A stretch of 64,000 nucleotides of DNA, taken from contig OZ316891.1 of the NCBI GenBank assembly GCA_973895155.1, forward strand, positions 11,964,771 to 12,028,770. Direction: 5' to 3'. Under the pieces are notes generated by a model, which saw only the letters and a list, made by a program, of their open reading frames with translations, did not search any database and was not told the DNA's origin. Made by a program: the position numbers and the translations under genes. Source of the stretch: Marsupella aquatica (taxonomy: Eukaryota > Plantae > Marchantiophyta). Positions 49,920 through 62,504 of the stretch are shown here, one piece after another (within the stretch, counting starts at the first letter, position 1; the number at the start of each line of letters is the position of its first letter).

Positions 49920-52900
49920 TCATTGGAGTATAGCCACTGGTTTTTGAGATCCACTATCTATCAATTCATCTGCAACCTGCATCCATCCTCCCCTGTACCA
50001 GTTTCCAAGAAGTCCACCTGTCGCTATCGTCCTCGTCCACATCTTCTCCACACCCTGTAGTGTCAAACCTTTTGTTTCTGGCACAACGATTGCAACGAAA
50101 ACCATTGCTATCGAAGAAATGCCAGCACAGAGTAGGAAGGTCGAGGATGGACCCCAATAGTCTACTAATGTCAGAAACGTTTGTGCCACAACAAAATTAG
50201 AGACCCAGTTGGCTGTTGCTGCAGCGCCTCCACCAAGACCTCTGTATTGTTGTGGGTATATTTCTGCATTCACAGTCCAAGGTACAGGCCCCATTCCTGG
50301 AGCAAAAGCTCCAATATACAGAACAAGGCCAACGAGGGCCAGCCATCCATAATTACTAGGGCAACCGTCGGTGTACCAGGATCGTGAACTTTGGATGCAC
50401 TTATCAGAAGAGGTACCATTGTAGACAAGACAAGTTCCAGGATACATCTGACAGAAAGAAACAATACAAGTCTGTTAGATTTTTGGCAACGGCAGAGTGT
50501 TGCACAGTCTCATCATGAAGCTGGTAGAATGCAGAATGTTGTCCTTTCGTCTAACTGTGCAAAAACTAAACCGTCAGTATCATGAATGAGACTGCAATAT
50601 AGCTTCCGTCTACTCTGAGGAAACAATGAATCCAATCACAAAGGGGCAGGCACCACGAGAGAATTTACCGAATCTCCACAGAAGCCACACCCTGCCATCA
50701 AACAGGTCATACAATTTGCTAAGGCTGGACTTCCAGGAATAGGAAATGCTGGACAGACAAGGTCGGATTCACTTGTAGTGTCTGGCCAAGTGACGCTTGG
50801 TGGACTCAAAGCTGCGAGGTGAAATGCCGCAGCCAACAGTCCCAAGGCAGCAATGATTCCAGATAAGCTAAAGAGAGCAAGCTTTCGTCGTCCAGTGCGA
50901 TCTATCAGCACGATACCCAAAATTGTACCAACAGCATTCATGCCAGCCACTCCCGACGAAAGTAACAATGCTATTTTATGGGAAGCAAATCCAGCCTGCT
51001 GCACAATTGATGGGCTGTAATACATGACTGTGTTGATTCCTGCCAGCTGTTGGAAGATCTGCACATTGAGACAATCTCTCATGAATGTCAATGGAGTACA
51101 CATCCCGCTGACCAAATAAAGCTATAACCACATCAGTTCGTACAATTTCTTTTGCGGTACATTGCGTATGTTTCCGATACTGACCCGAAGATAGTGTGAA
51201 GAGACCACAAGCAACGCACTGACCACTGAATAAATCAATGAATTTTGAGTTATATACCAAATATGGGAAGAACAGTTCGAAAACTACTGCCCAAGCACCG
51301 CCTATTTCTGCAAAGCATCCTCTACCAAGCTAAACGCAGCATGCTCACAATCAAATAAAAAAAAGTCTGCTGTGCAATTATTGAATGCCTTATCAAGCGC
51401 GTCCATCATCCGCTCAAATGCCGACATCACTTTATGTAACCAAGCTGATCCTCGAGGAACGAAGTACTCTGAACATGGAAAACGACAAACTACCTGAATC
51501 CCGATGCCTGCGGTAAGTGCAAGTCGCAAATCCTTCCGTCTGAGCATGTCAATAAGTTTGGGCTCCTGTTGTGGCTGCAGGTTAGCCTTGGCCTCAGCAG
51601 CCTGAATCTCCTCTATTTCCAAACGAGCAACTCCAGGTGTGTGGATTCGTTGTAGTAATGCAAACGCCTCGTCAAACCTTTTCTGTGGGTCAGCGTTCAA
51701 ATCATGGCAGTTAACACGAGCTTCTCAACTTCGCTACTCAGAAACAGGCTCAGAAACAAAAGGAACATCATACTTCAATCTCATCTATGCGTCAACCGAA
51801 AGGGCACCTGGCTGCCACAAAAATTCTTTTGGACATGTTCTTTAGAATAGAAATTAATTGATGTGTTCCAGATTGCTGTCTTCTGAGCTGGAGACTGCTG
51901 TTGCCCCAACAACTTCATAAAGGGGAGGCAATTAGAGTGACAGTGACAAGAGAACAAAAAACAATTGCAGGCAGCTCTAGGCCTTACTAGATTTGATGTT
52001 CATTGTACAAGCTCAAGCTGAGCAATAAGACTCACGTCTCCCAAATCCGATGGGAAGCATTTGGCAGCCAATCTACACAGCCTCATCCGAGGATTTGTAA
52101 GGTGGTGCATACCTGAGAAGCCAGCCAGCGTGGTGACTCTGGGAGTAAGCATATGAACAAAACTGCTTGTAGAACAGCTGGTACGGCAGCAACTCCTAGC
52201 ATCCACCGCCAGGTCCCAGGCACCTTCAAAATAAAGAAAACACAATCATGACCTCTATATAACTTGTAGGTGGCTTGCAAATGGCACACTCCTTTCCATT
52301 TAAAAGGTTCACATACCGTAGTGAAGGCATAGTTCACAACGTAGGATAGGAATTGGCCGGTGGTGATCATGAGCACATTCACTGTGACTAGAGCTCCTCT
52401 TTTTTCAGGAGGTGATGCTTCAGCAATGTAGAGGGGGATTGTCATAGATGCTATACCAATACCAAAACCCACTACCAGCCGGCCACCAATGAGGAAATAA
52501 GGATCTGGTGCCAGAGCCATCAAGAGTGCTCCCACAGTAAACACAGCGTCAGAAACAAGAATGGTTGGCTTTCGTCCCAATCGGTCATTCATCCGTCCTC
52601 CAATTAGGGCTCCCAGCACTGCCCCCAGAATAGCAGTACTCACAATCGTTTCCTGTAAATTTTCAGCATATCAACTCCTTATTAAAGAGGCACAGTCTGT
52701 GATCTAATTGCGTGCATCTTTCCTGGCCTTCAATGACTGACCAATAAAAGCTGACATCAAAAGGCCGAACAACAGCTGAAACATGTCAACCAGGGTAAAT
52801 GAAAAGATGGGCATTCCTCCTGAATCTCAGTTACCTGTAGAAAAAGGCTTCGGTCTACCACCACAAAGTCATCACGAATGTAAAGCAGAGCACCCGATAT

Positions 52901-53445
52901 CACGCCTGATAACAACAGACACGCTTGATATTTAAACGACGCAATAAAAAAAAACACAAAATAGGACGAGAGGGCATGATTTGTCCAGAAGCACACAATC
53001 GAAAGCATAAAATCGACATTTCGAGCTCCTAAATGTGCGAATTAGGCCTCACTTGCAATGTCGAAGGAAGGTTGCCATTGCTTTCATATGCAGTCAGTAA
53101 GAATAGATAGCAAGGAGAAGAAGAATGTGTCCAGCAGTCGACTAAGATGCCAGTGATGCAGCATTCGCTTGGGAAGGCTGAGCAATTGGAAGGAATCTCC
53201 AGCGCAAACGTACCAGTATCATAGCCGAACAGAAACCCACCCAACCCTGCCGACAATGACAGTAAGGCAATGAACCAATTAGACGAACGCGACGTGACAG
53301 TTCCCTGGTCCACTTTTGTATGACCACCCAACAAGGAATCCATGTCCGAGGTCCTGTCCGAGTCCGACTTCGAGGCCGAGGCCGCGTCTGCGTCTGACAT
53401 CTTGCTCTTCGACTTGCCCCTTCCTCGCTCGTCCGCTAAGTTCAT
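49920..53445 (-). CDS. INT: Inositol transporter (INT family, MFS sugar porter with Cys-rich loop); exons ~53445-53214, 52905-52835, 52652-52317, 52223-52113, 51682-51494, 51058-~50660, 50447-49920
   Basis: [118 protein letters not shown]. Start codon (53445 or 53400) and exon-6 donor uncertain. Confidence 0.93.
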
Positions 53446-53605
53446 CGATCCTAACACCAAACTCCGAGGCCCTCAAGCCCAGCAATCTGATAGAGACTAA
53501 TTCACCTTTCAGACCACTGTCATCGAAGACATTGATCAGAATGGGTCCAGAGAAGCCCACAGCCTATTGGCGAATGGGGAAAGAGTCCTGAAAAAAGTGG
53601 CCTAT

Positions 53606-55227
53606 GCGCATGATTACAAAAATGACTCCTCGTTGAGAAATGTCAGAATGACGACTGCATATATCAAGCAGATCAAATGAACATTACAGTAGCTACAGTC
53701 GCGAATTTTGACTAGATCGGCAAGGAGATAGAAGCACAAAGTCACAATGACGGCATTGGATTAGGAGTCCCACCGAATCATAAAATGATCCACCGAGTCC
53801 TCCTCCATAGTTCGAGGTATTATTCGCGGCTTGCGCTCGGATATTTGGATCCTGTTATAAAAATTGAACGCACAACACATGGAACAGAACCGAACGTAGA
53901 TCAGCATCACTCCACGCGTTTCTTGCAACCAACTCTAAAATCAGTCTCTGAGAAATAATAAATACTATCATAGCAGTTCATTATCGGCAAATATACACTC
54001 CGTCCTCAAGGACTAAGAAAATTAGAACTTTTCTTCGACAAGCAATCACATGAAACTCCGGTCAACAGAGAACGCGAGGATCTGGTCCGAGAAAACCTTA
54101 AACTTCCCACGCTAACATGTTGCTCATCGAGCTCAGTGCCCCGGGCTTGGTAATCTCAGATCTGATCTTCTCGAGACCAGGAGCGTCACAGAGTTCAAAA
54201 GTAAGGCTCTCACTAACAAGATTCTTGCACTATCGAGGAATAAAGTTAAACTGCCAAAGGAGTACGTAATGTCGGCCATGGAAGCATAACTTCGCCTCCC
54301 CTGCCCACCGACCATACGACAAGTCTGCAATACATTATCGTCATGCGTTCATGTTTAACTGTCCGCACACTAGGCTGCATTGCACCTATATAAATTCTCT
54401 CCATCTCTCCACATCCTTCTCTGTTTTCAAGTGAAGACGCTGTTTTCCAACCTCAGTACCTCTTGACACACCAGAGTAGTTCGTCCAAGCGGATCGGGAG
54501 AGATCTGCATCTAGTGAGTGCATCGAGAACTTACAGAGAAAGGGTTCACTTCCTCCTCGTCGAACGGATTATTTTCGTACCGCCCAGCCATCTGGATAAT
54601 CGATCACTCACTCAACAGCAGACGGATGGAGAGGCCAAAAGCTGATCTCCAAGAAACCGAACACCTGAAGGCTTCCTCCTCCTTTCCAAGGTCCACAGCA
54701 ATGAACAAGCCTCTCCACCACCGCCTTGCTCGTGCTCCGTCCCTGCTCGTTGGTTCCTACTTGCTCAAGGTAACCTGTTCACTATCCTCCGCAAACCCGT
54801 AAAAGGGGGGCACAGACACGTCCCGCGCGAGCAGCAATCACCGACGGGAGACTTCCACCTAACACAACCACGGCAACAGTGGCGGCAGCAGCACGCACTG
54901 CAGCAAAACTCCCCACTACTATTATCGTCCGCTACTCCATCCGTCCTTCCCTTCCCTCCTACCGCAGTCGCTCCCTCTGTAACGATCCTTCTCCCGCAAC
55001 GAGAGCGCAACCCTCCTAGATACACTCTTCCGACTACTTTCTCCTGCGAACTTGACGCCTACCCGCCTTCCAACGTACGACAACCAGTCTCGAAGCCACC
55101 TCCACAGCAACAAACCTGGTGAACTCCTCTCGTACAGGAGTCCAGGACTGTCCTCCTCCGCGGTCTGCGGTTTCTTGCTTGCTAACAGTACTGTAGCTTG
55201 CCTCTCTTCTCTTCTGCCTGGATGTGG
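53606..55227 (-). repeat. Duplicate copy (B) of the SCAMP 5' region, including an intact first coding exon at 54591-54535
   Basis: Colinear with 43933-45547; exon MAGRYENNPFDEEEVNPFS with CAG acceptor and GTAAGT donor unchanged. Confidence 0.95.
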
Positions 55228-57800
55228 AGTTAAATGCCATTTAGATGTAGCAGTTGGTTTCACTACCTGTTGACACGGATCACAGCTCCGGATGTACTCA
55301 TATGTATCCTTATTCATAGTAGGCCACCAAAATCCAGCATCCTTAATCTTTTTAACAGTAGTATTTACAGCATAGTGGCCTCCAGAGGATTCAGTATGAA
55401 GAGCTGAAGTTACCCTGGGGACTTCTTGAGATTCCAAACAACGATGAAGTCTTTGGTTTGGTAACAACTCAAACAGAACACCTTTCACTAAGGTATAGGG
55501 TCCAACTTTATAAAGAAAAACAGCTTTTTCTTCAGCATTCAAACCAGGTGGGTAAATCCCATGTGTGAGCATTTGAACTATGTCAAAATACTTCGATTCT
55601 TCCCCTTCCAGGTGCCATAATTGTTCATCTGGGAACTGATCTGATAAAGGTTCAGAACTAGGATGACCCGGAAGTCGAGATAGGAAATCTGCATTTTCAT
55701 GGTGCTTACCAGGTCGAACGTGCACCTCATAATCATATTCTTGTAAAAGAAGCACCCATCTAGCAATTCGTCCACTTAGGTCAGCTTGATTCACCAAGTA
55801 CTTCAGAGATGAACTATCTGTATGAAAAATAGTTTTGTACCCTAGCAAATAATGTCTGAATTTTTTGCATGAGAAAATGACTGCTAAGGCCTCCCGTTCT
55901 GTTACCGTATAATTCTTTTCAGCATTGTTCATCTGCCTACTAGCGTAATATATGGGGTGATCTTTCTTATCCTCATCTAGTTGACTTAAGGCAGCACCCA
56001 CAGAGTAAGCCGAAGCGTCAATGAACACATGGAAAGTCTTCTGCCAATCAGGAGGTTGAAGGATAGGAGCAACAGTTAATTTATGCTTCAAAATTTCAAA
56101 AGCTTGTTGCCTGTCTTCCGTCCAAACATATTCCACATCCTTCTTAAGAAGCTGGGTCAAGGGCATGGCAAGATCATCATATTTCCTTATAAACCGTCGA
56201 TAATACCCCACATAGCCAAGAAATCCGCGTAGCTCCTTTAAATTTCCAGGGGGTTGTAAAGCCAAAATAATTCGAACCTTTTATGTGTCAACCTCGATTC
56301 ATCTCTGTGAAATGACATGTCCCAGCAGAATGCCTTCTTTCATCCCTATGAAACATTTCTCAGGGTGTAGACACAACTGAGATTCTCTGCATCGTTGGAA
56401 TGTCTGCATTAGGTGGTCAAGGTGTTGAGTAGCCTTACCATAGGCACAGAAGTCATCTATAAAAATTTCCAAAAGTTTTCTGAGAAAATCCTGAAATATT
56501 ATCATCATAATCCTTTGGAAGGTTCCAGGTGCATTACACAGCCCAAAAGGCATGACACGAAAAGCGTATGTTCCCCAATCCGTGGTAAAGGTAGTCTTAT
56601 CTCGATCTTCTTCACGAATTGACACCTGATTATAACCGGAGTACCCGTCCAAGAAACTGTATAATTCTATGAGCAACTAGGTCCAGCACCAAATCTATGA
56701 ATGGCAAGGGGTAATGATCTTTTCTTGTAGCTGCATTAAGCTTCATGAAATCTTGACACACCCTGATCTTGGGTTTTCCATCTCGACCAGGCTTCCTTGG
56801 GACAATAACAATGGGTGAAACCCCCTCATTGCTAAGTACAGCGTAAATAAAACCAGCATCCGTTAATTTATCAAGCTCCTCTTTACCAGCATGGAGTACT
56901 TAGGATTTACCCGATATTGTCTCTACCGCACTGGTACTGCCCCCTCAATTAGATCAATCCGATGTTCTCCTAAATGTGGAGGTATCCCTATAAGATCCTT
57001 ATGGTTCCAGGCAAAAACGTCTTTATATTGAGTTAGCAAGTCAATGTACTTCTCTCTCAATTCTCCTTCAATATGGTTACTAATATTCAGAAATTTCTCT
57101 GGTTCTATCTCAATTTTTTGGCATTTTTGAGGATCCACAATTCCCTCTGACTGGTTAGGTAAAATATCCTTCCATGAAGGTGTATCTTGTATTTCAGGAT
57201 CATCCAACCTTACTACCTCACCTTCATTCTCCTCATGTCAGGAGGTAGGAATGTTAGCCTCATTGTTGGGGGAATTGCCCTCTGCTTCAAAAACATCAAG
57301 GTAGCCTACTTCCAGCAAATTAAATTTAGGTGCTTTAATTAGAAGAGTAGAATCCAAAAAATCAGAGGTATAACCCTCATCAGATTGGGTTTCACCAAGA
57401 TGTGTTTCATTTACCCAACTTATAGTGACTCTTGGCTTTCCAAAAGACATTTGACGACGTTCCCAATCAACTCAAACTTTGGCCTTATATAACCAGGGCC
57501 TCCCTAATAATAGAGGATAGGTAGAGGGGACTTCAGGTCGGATTACCACAAAATCTAAAGGAAAAGTCAGCCCTTCAATGATTGTGTCAACTCCAATGAG
57601 CTTCCCTACTGGTACCACTCTGGATTGGTCTGCCATTCAAAGAACCTGTAAGGTCTTTTCAAATTTAGTGAGTCCAATGTTGAATGCGGTCTCCTCAGTC
57701 ATGATATTCGCACTTGATCCACCATCCACTCGAACTTCAGTTAACGCACATCCCATGACCTGCACGTCAATCTCTGGAGGTCCCTTGTCATCCCATTCCA
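55228..57800 (-). pseudogene. pol: Gypsy pol (protease, RT, RNase H, integrase N-terminal HHCC), frameshifted
   Basis: VDGGSSANIM; YSFLDGYSGYNQ; MPFGLCNAPGTFQR; FIDDF; DASAYSVGAALSQ; EREALAV; H....GGHY...CDPCQ, then a break. Confidence 0.93.
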
Positions 57801-60469
57801 ATCTCAGAGCTTCCACAGAAGGAAGTTTTCTTCTTTTCCGTCTTCCTGTGAGTAGGGTCCTTAATTGCTTTTTATAGGTGGGATTATCTTGTAACAGTTC
57901 TCCAATTGTAATGTTAGCAGGTTGGCTCTTAACAACTTCCACAATATCATAACCCTCTAGTTTAGGTGTCGGGGTTACTTTCAGCTTTTGCTCAGGTCTC
58001 TTTTCTTCTCCCAAAGCATGCTTCTTCTCAACCAGAGGTGGGGCTTCTTTAGTTAACTCATGTATTTGAGTTTTAATTTCTTCAGATATATCTGGCTGAA
58101 AATACTTGGGATCATACCTATCGTAAGCTGGGTCGTCCTCCTTTGGAATACCTTCTTCTGTCGGAGCTCTTGTCCTGCCCTTCTTTTTGGACAATTTCTT
58201 ACGCTTGAGGTTGAGGGTGTCCTCAGTATGTTTCTTTTCGTGATGAGACTTAGATCTAGTAGTGGCGTAGGTTTCCAAGACATGGTCTCTTTCTTGTACT
58301 AGTTTATTCGGCATCCCTACCACGTTGTCTTGGACCAGGTGTTCTAGCTCAACATCCGCAATGGTACCTGACAGCGGCTGTGCATAAATGTTATGCACTT
58401 CCTCTTCTGCTTCTACTTCTGCTTCTAGAGTTACATGACTGCACTGGTCCATGTTTTCTTGGCTATATATCATCCTGACTTCCTCTAATCTGGGTGCTTC
58501 CTTTACAGGTTCCTTCGCAAATCTCACCATCATTTTTGGCTTGGGAGGGCTTGGGCATTCCACAGGGAGATGACCTTCTTTTCCACAATTTCCGCAAATT
58601 GGGTATATCCCACTTCTCTTTTTGGATATGGGCACTCTGGGGAGTAGTGTCCCGATTGACCACAATTATAACACGTTCCTCGTACTCTTGGTGCTCCTCT
58701 TGGTGGATATCCCCTAGGGGGACCCATTGGCGGTCTTGGGACTGGTCGATTAAATGGAGAAGAACCCGATGCTTGTGGCTGAGCCCATGTAGTTGGGCTT
58801 GTAGCAGGTGGAAAATATTGCCCTGCAAACGGTGCTTGGACTACATAGATATCTCCATAGTCTACTATCTCTTCCTCCTCTCCATAATTAATAGCACGTT
58901 GTAATGTGGGGCACTCATGGTGATAATGTCCTTGATTATTACAGCGTGTACACCAAACGTTGTTTCGGATAGCAGGCAGGAATTTCCTAATTGGTTTAAG
59001 AACAGCAACATTAACAGAGAGTTTATTTAACTTACTGGTTAATGAGTCCATCATTCTATCCAAGGTCTTGGCTTTTTGAGGTACTGTGCTTTTCTGCATC
59101 CTTTTTGTCTTGGTATCTGCATCATCAAACTTCAGCTGCAGCTTGTACTACTGGTAGAGCTCGAGTCGGAGCTGGTTCCCTCAGTATTGGTGGTGTCACT
59201 ATCACTAGACTCTGAGCTTGATGAAGACTTTGTCTTTTTCTTTTTCTCTTTCTTTTTGCCCTTTTTCAAGTCCTTCTTAACTCGTTTCTTCTCAGAGACT
59301 TCAGAGTCCACATATTTTTGTGCTGCTTCTTGTGCCTCTTCAAAAGTTGTACCACCTTCCCTTCTCACATATGTTGCAATTTGGGAGGGAAGTCCGTTAA
59401 TAAACCAATCTCTCGTGGTAGATTTAGCTGTATATTTTGGATTATATTTATCCACCAGGTCCATTAATTTATCTGCATACTTCCTGGCTGGTCCATGTTT
59501 CTTCATGGTAAGTTGAGAAATTCTAGCAAAGGCTCTCGCCTCAACACCATCCTCCTTGTACTTGTCCAAAAAACCGGTCTTCGTTTTTCCCCAATCATTT
59601 TTGTCTAGGAATTGATCATACCATTTTGGGGCATTTTTCTTCAACAAGCCTCCAAAAATTGTGGCTTTTTCAGCATCTTGGGTTTGCCCATTTGAGGTGG
59701 CTGCGGCTTCAAATTCCTTCAAAAAGGTCTCAGCATCCTCTTTGGATGTCCCTTTAAAAGTATCATAACAAATATTGTTCCGAGCCATTTGAATTCTTCT
59801 CACAAGAACTAGACTTGGATTAATTGGAGGAGAGGCACCCACGGATTGTGATCCAGTGCTGATGACTGATCCTTGAGATGTTAGCGGGGAAATTGAATTT
59901 AAAGAGTTTGGAGTGCTTTTTGTACTTGTTGCACTAAGACTACCACTAGAATTTCTGTATCCAAATAAGGGAAGTACTTCTGCTAATTTTGTAGATTCAC
60001 CAGAGGGTGTCCTCTATAATGTGAGTGAATCAAAATCAAACTCTAGAGGCTCAGCTTGCTGACTTCCTTCTCTAGTTATACTTTCATGCATTGTGTTTTT
60101 AATCTTATCTATCCCGATTATCTGGAAGGCAGATGGACCTTCGTACTCTTCCAAACTTTGTGTTCTTCTTAATGGTTTGACAATGTCAACCCCTTTCTTC
60201 TTGGGCTTGGTAGGAACATAGTGCACATCTCTTGATCATAATTTACAGATTACCGGTCGACTTGTTGCTGGATTCTGTATTGTTCCCTCTGTTTCACTTT
60301 GTTGGATCAGGGTGACTCGCTCTGCTACACTTCCCGATGTTGGATAATCAGGTGATTGGAAATCCGACAATAATTCTCTTGGGTTAAGTGGGTCTTGAGA
60401 GGCTTCTGCTTTTGCTTTTGCTTTTGCTTCTCGTTTTGATCTCCAACCTTGCTTCCCTTTGTTAGACAT
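57800..60469 (-). pseudogene. gag: Gypsy gag with three CCHC zinc knuckles, frameshifted
   Basis: FKGTSKEDAETFLKEFE...WFINGLP; CTRCNNQGHYHHEC, CYNCGQSGHYSPEC, CGNCGKEGHLPVEC. Confidence 0.88.
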
Positions 60470-60901
60470 TCCACATTTTAATAGATGGCAATTTTCAAGT
60501 GCGAGGTAATGGTTTCAAACCGACCCTTAATCCCCTTTGGAAATCCTAGATCGTATGAAAAAGTTGCGCCCTTCTGTTTTGCATTGAGTTGGCATCCTCT
60601 CCTACCGTTGTGTCTCTTGGTGTCGTGACCTTTCTAAGAACTCTGCGGGGTTGTGAGCCCAATAGTCGTGCGATTCGGCCAAGTGTTGAAGTGGTGCATC
60701 CGTTAGTCGTAACCCTTCAACTCGTAAACTCGTAAAGTCGTAAGACGGCCAACTCGTAAAGTCGTAATCTCGCGACGCTTACCCGTAACTCGTAAGGGTT
60801 AATCCGTAATGCCTTATCCCCTTGTATTTCGGCGGGTCCTTAGTAGCAAAGTACCCTCTCCTCCTCTGGTTTCTCTCTGTTTTGGCTAACCTAACCTTCC
60901 T

Positions 60902-62299
60902 TTATCTGAGTCTCCTATTTTGTCTTTGCATCAATTCTCTAGCTAATTCTTGTATAGAAATAATAATATATTCTTCTCCTGTAATTTTGCCATTTAGCTT
61001 CAAAACAACTAAATGCAAATCTCCTCCTTCCCACCAGGTAATAGATAACCAATGGATACCCCTTCTTCCTCGTAAGGATAATACCCAGGTTTGAACATAT
61101 CTATTATGTAAATCCCTTATCCTCAGGGATCCTAATGACCTAATAGGAGGCATGCTAATTTCTTCACCACCTTTAATATAAGGCTAAAAATGAAAAAATG
61201 TTCCAGTATCCCATTGCTCTCCTATTTTGTGTTGGGGACCGGTAATCATTCAATAGATTTTCCAGAGTATCTAGGGCATCTAACCAAGGGTTCTCAACAA
61301 TGTGCAAATTATGCAACACCTCCTTGATTCTTAATTCCTCTATTTCAGAAGCCCAACTGCCATTTTGCTTATTCTTTCCTAGAACAAACTCCAAGTCATG
61401 TTCCTCCTTAATGGGTTGCAACTTGTATTCTCCGTCATCAATCCATACTCTCTTAAATACCACCACATCAGTTAATTCAGAACATTGAGGGAGGGAGAAA
61501 GTCCATTTGAAAGATACCTTTCCTATACTCAAATCTTTCCATTTCAGCAAAACCCATCCATTCCTTGCATTCCACTGGCAGGTTTCAATCAACGTACTCC
61601 TGCCTATTGGGGGTCATAACTGGTCTTTCCTCCTTGAGAATCAAATTGGAGTGATCATGATAGAGATCTTCCAAAACATAATCAAGTTGGTTCCTCCATA
61701 AGGGATCACCCTTTAATCTTGCCAATGCTTTCCTTAATTTGTACTCAAGTTCTTTCTCCAATGTCTCCTCCTCAATATGGTGTTCTTTTAACAATGGAGG
61801 GATGAAATTGGAGTCAAATTCATTATCTTGAGTGGCTTCAATTAATTCAAATCTTCCATCTATGGCTTTTCTGAAAATAAGCAAACAATCATACAACACA
61901 TTGGTATCCCATGAGTCAACTTTTACCAATTCACCACCCCCAAAGTAACTTCCTCCAGTGTTTCCTCCATCTGAGTTTATCACTTGGCTTCTCAAAATAG
62001 TCGTCCTGTCTTGTGCAGTGGCACTGATAATTGTATAGGTTTGATTATCCCTAGACTTAATCAAAGCTCTTTCTCTTTTCTGAGGTCTACTTTTTCTCAC
62101 CTTTCCTTTTCTTTTCAGAAAAATTCCCCTACTAAGCACCACTTAATCTTTCCTTCTTGGCCTTAGCTTTACTCTTTCTTTCCAAAATTGTGGCAGGATT
62201 TTCTCCTCCAATCCTTTCCCTAAATGCCTCTGGTGCATTTTCCACTGTATAAGGTCAAATTTCTAGCCTTGGAGTTGACCATTCTCCAATAAGTTCCAT
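60902..62299 (-). pseudogene. Extra ORF upstream of gag (unknown function), broken into 3-4 pieces
   Basis: Abutting same-strand ORFs 62142-61585, 61592-61173 and 61153-60902 between PBS and gag. Confidence 0.6.
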
Positions 62300-62394
62300 G
62301 GTAATCACCCTTATTTTTATTCCATCACTTTTTTACTGAATTCAAACCTTCTTTTGGCATTCACTGCCTGTACTTCAAACCTTCCTTGATTTGT

Positions 62395-62412
62395 TCCCCG
62401 GCAGCGGCGCCA
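62395..62412 (-). promoter_or_regulatory. Primer binding site complementary to tRNA-Asp
   Basis: Minus strand TGGCGCCGCTGCCGGGGA, one mismatch from the Athila-type TGGCGCCGTTGCCGGGGA. Confidence 0.88.
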
Positions 62413-62504
62413 AAAATCTCATGTAGTTTGCTATGAAGAACCAAAAATACATTTAAAGGTCTTCAAACTCGGTATTCGTTCCCGTAAAGAACAAGATGGG
62501 GTTG

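Noticed and set aside
53214-54591. In-frame SCAMP-INT fusion protein
   Set aside because: The good acceptor gives a stop after 7 codons; other AGs are out of frame or lack a pyrimidine tract.
43933-55227. The two 1.6-kb direct repeats as LTRs of a retroelement carrying INT
   Set aside because: No TG...CA ends, PBS, PPT or TSD; the repeat is SCAMP gene sequence.
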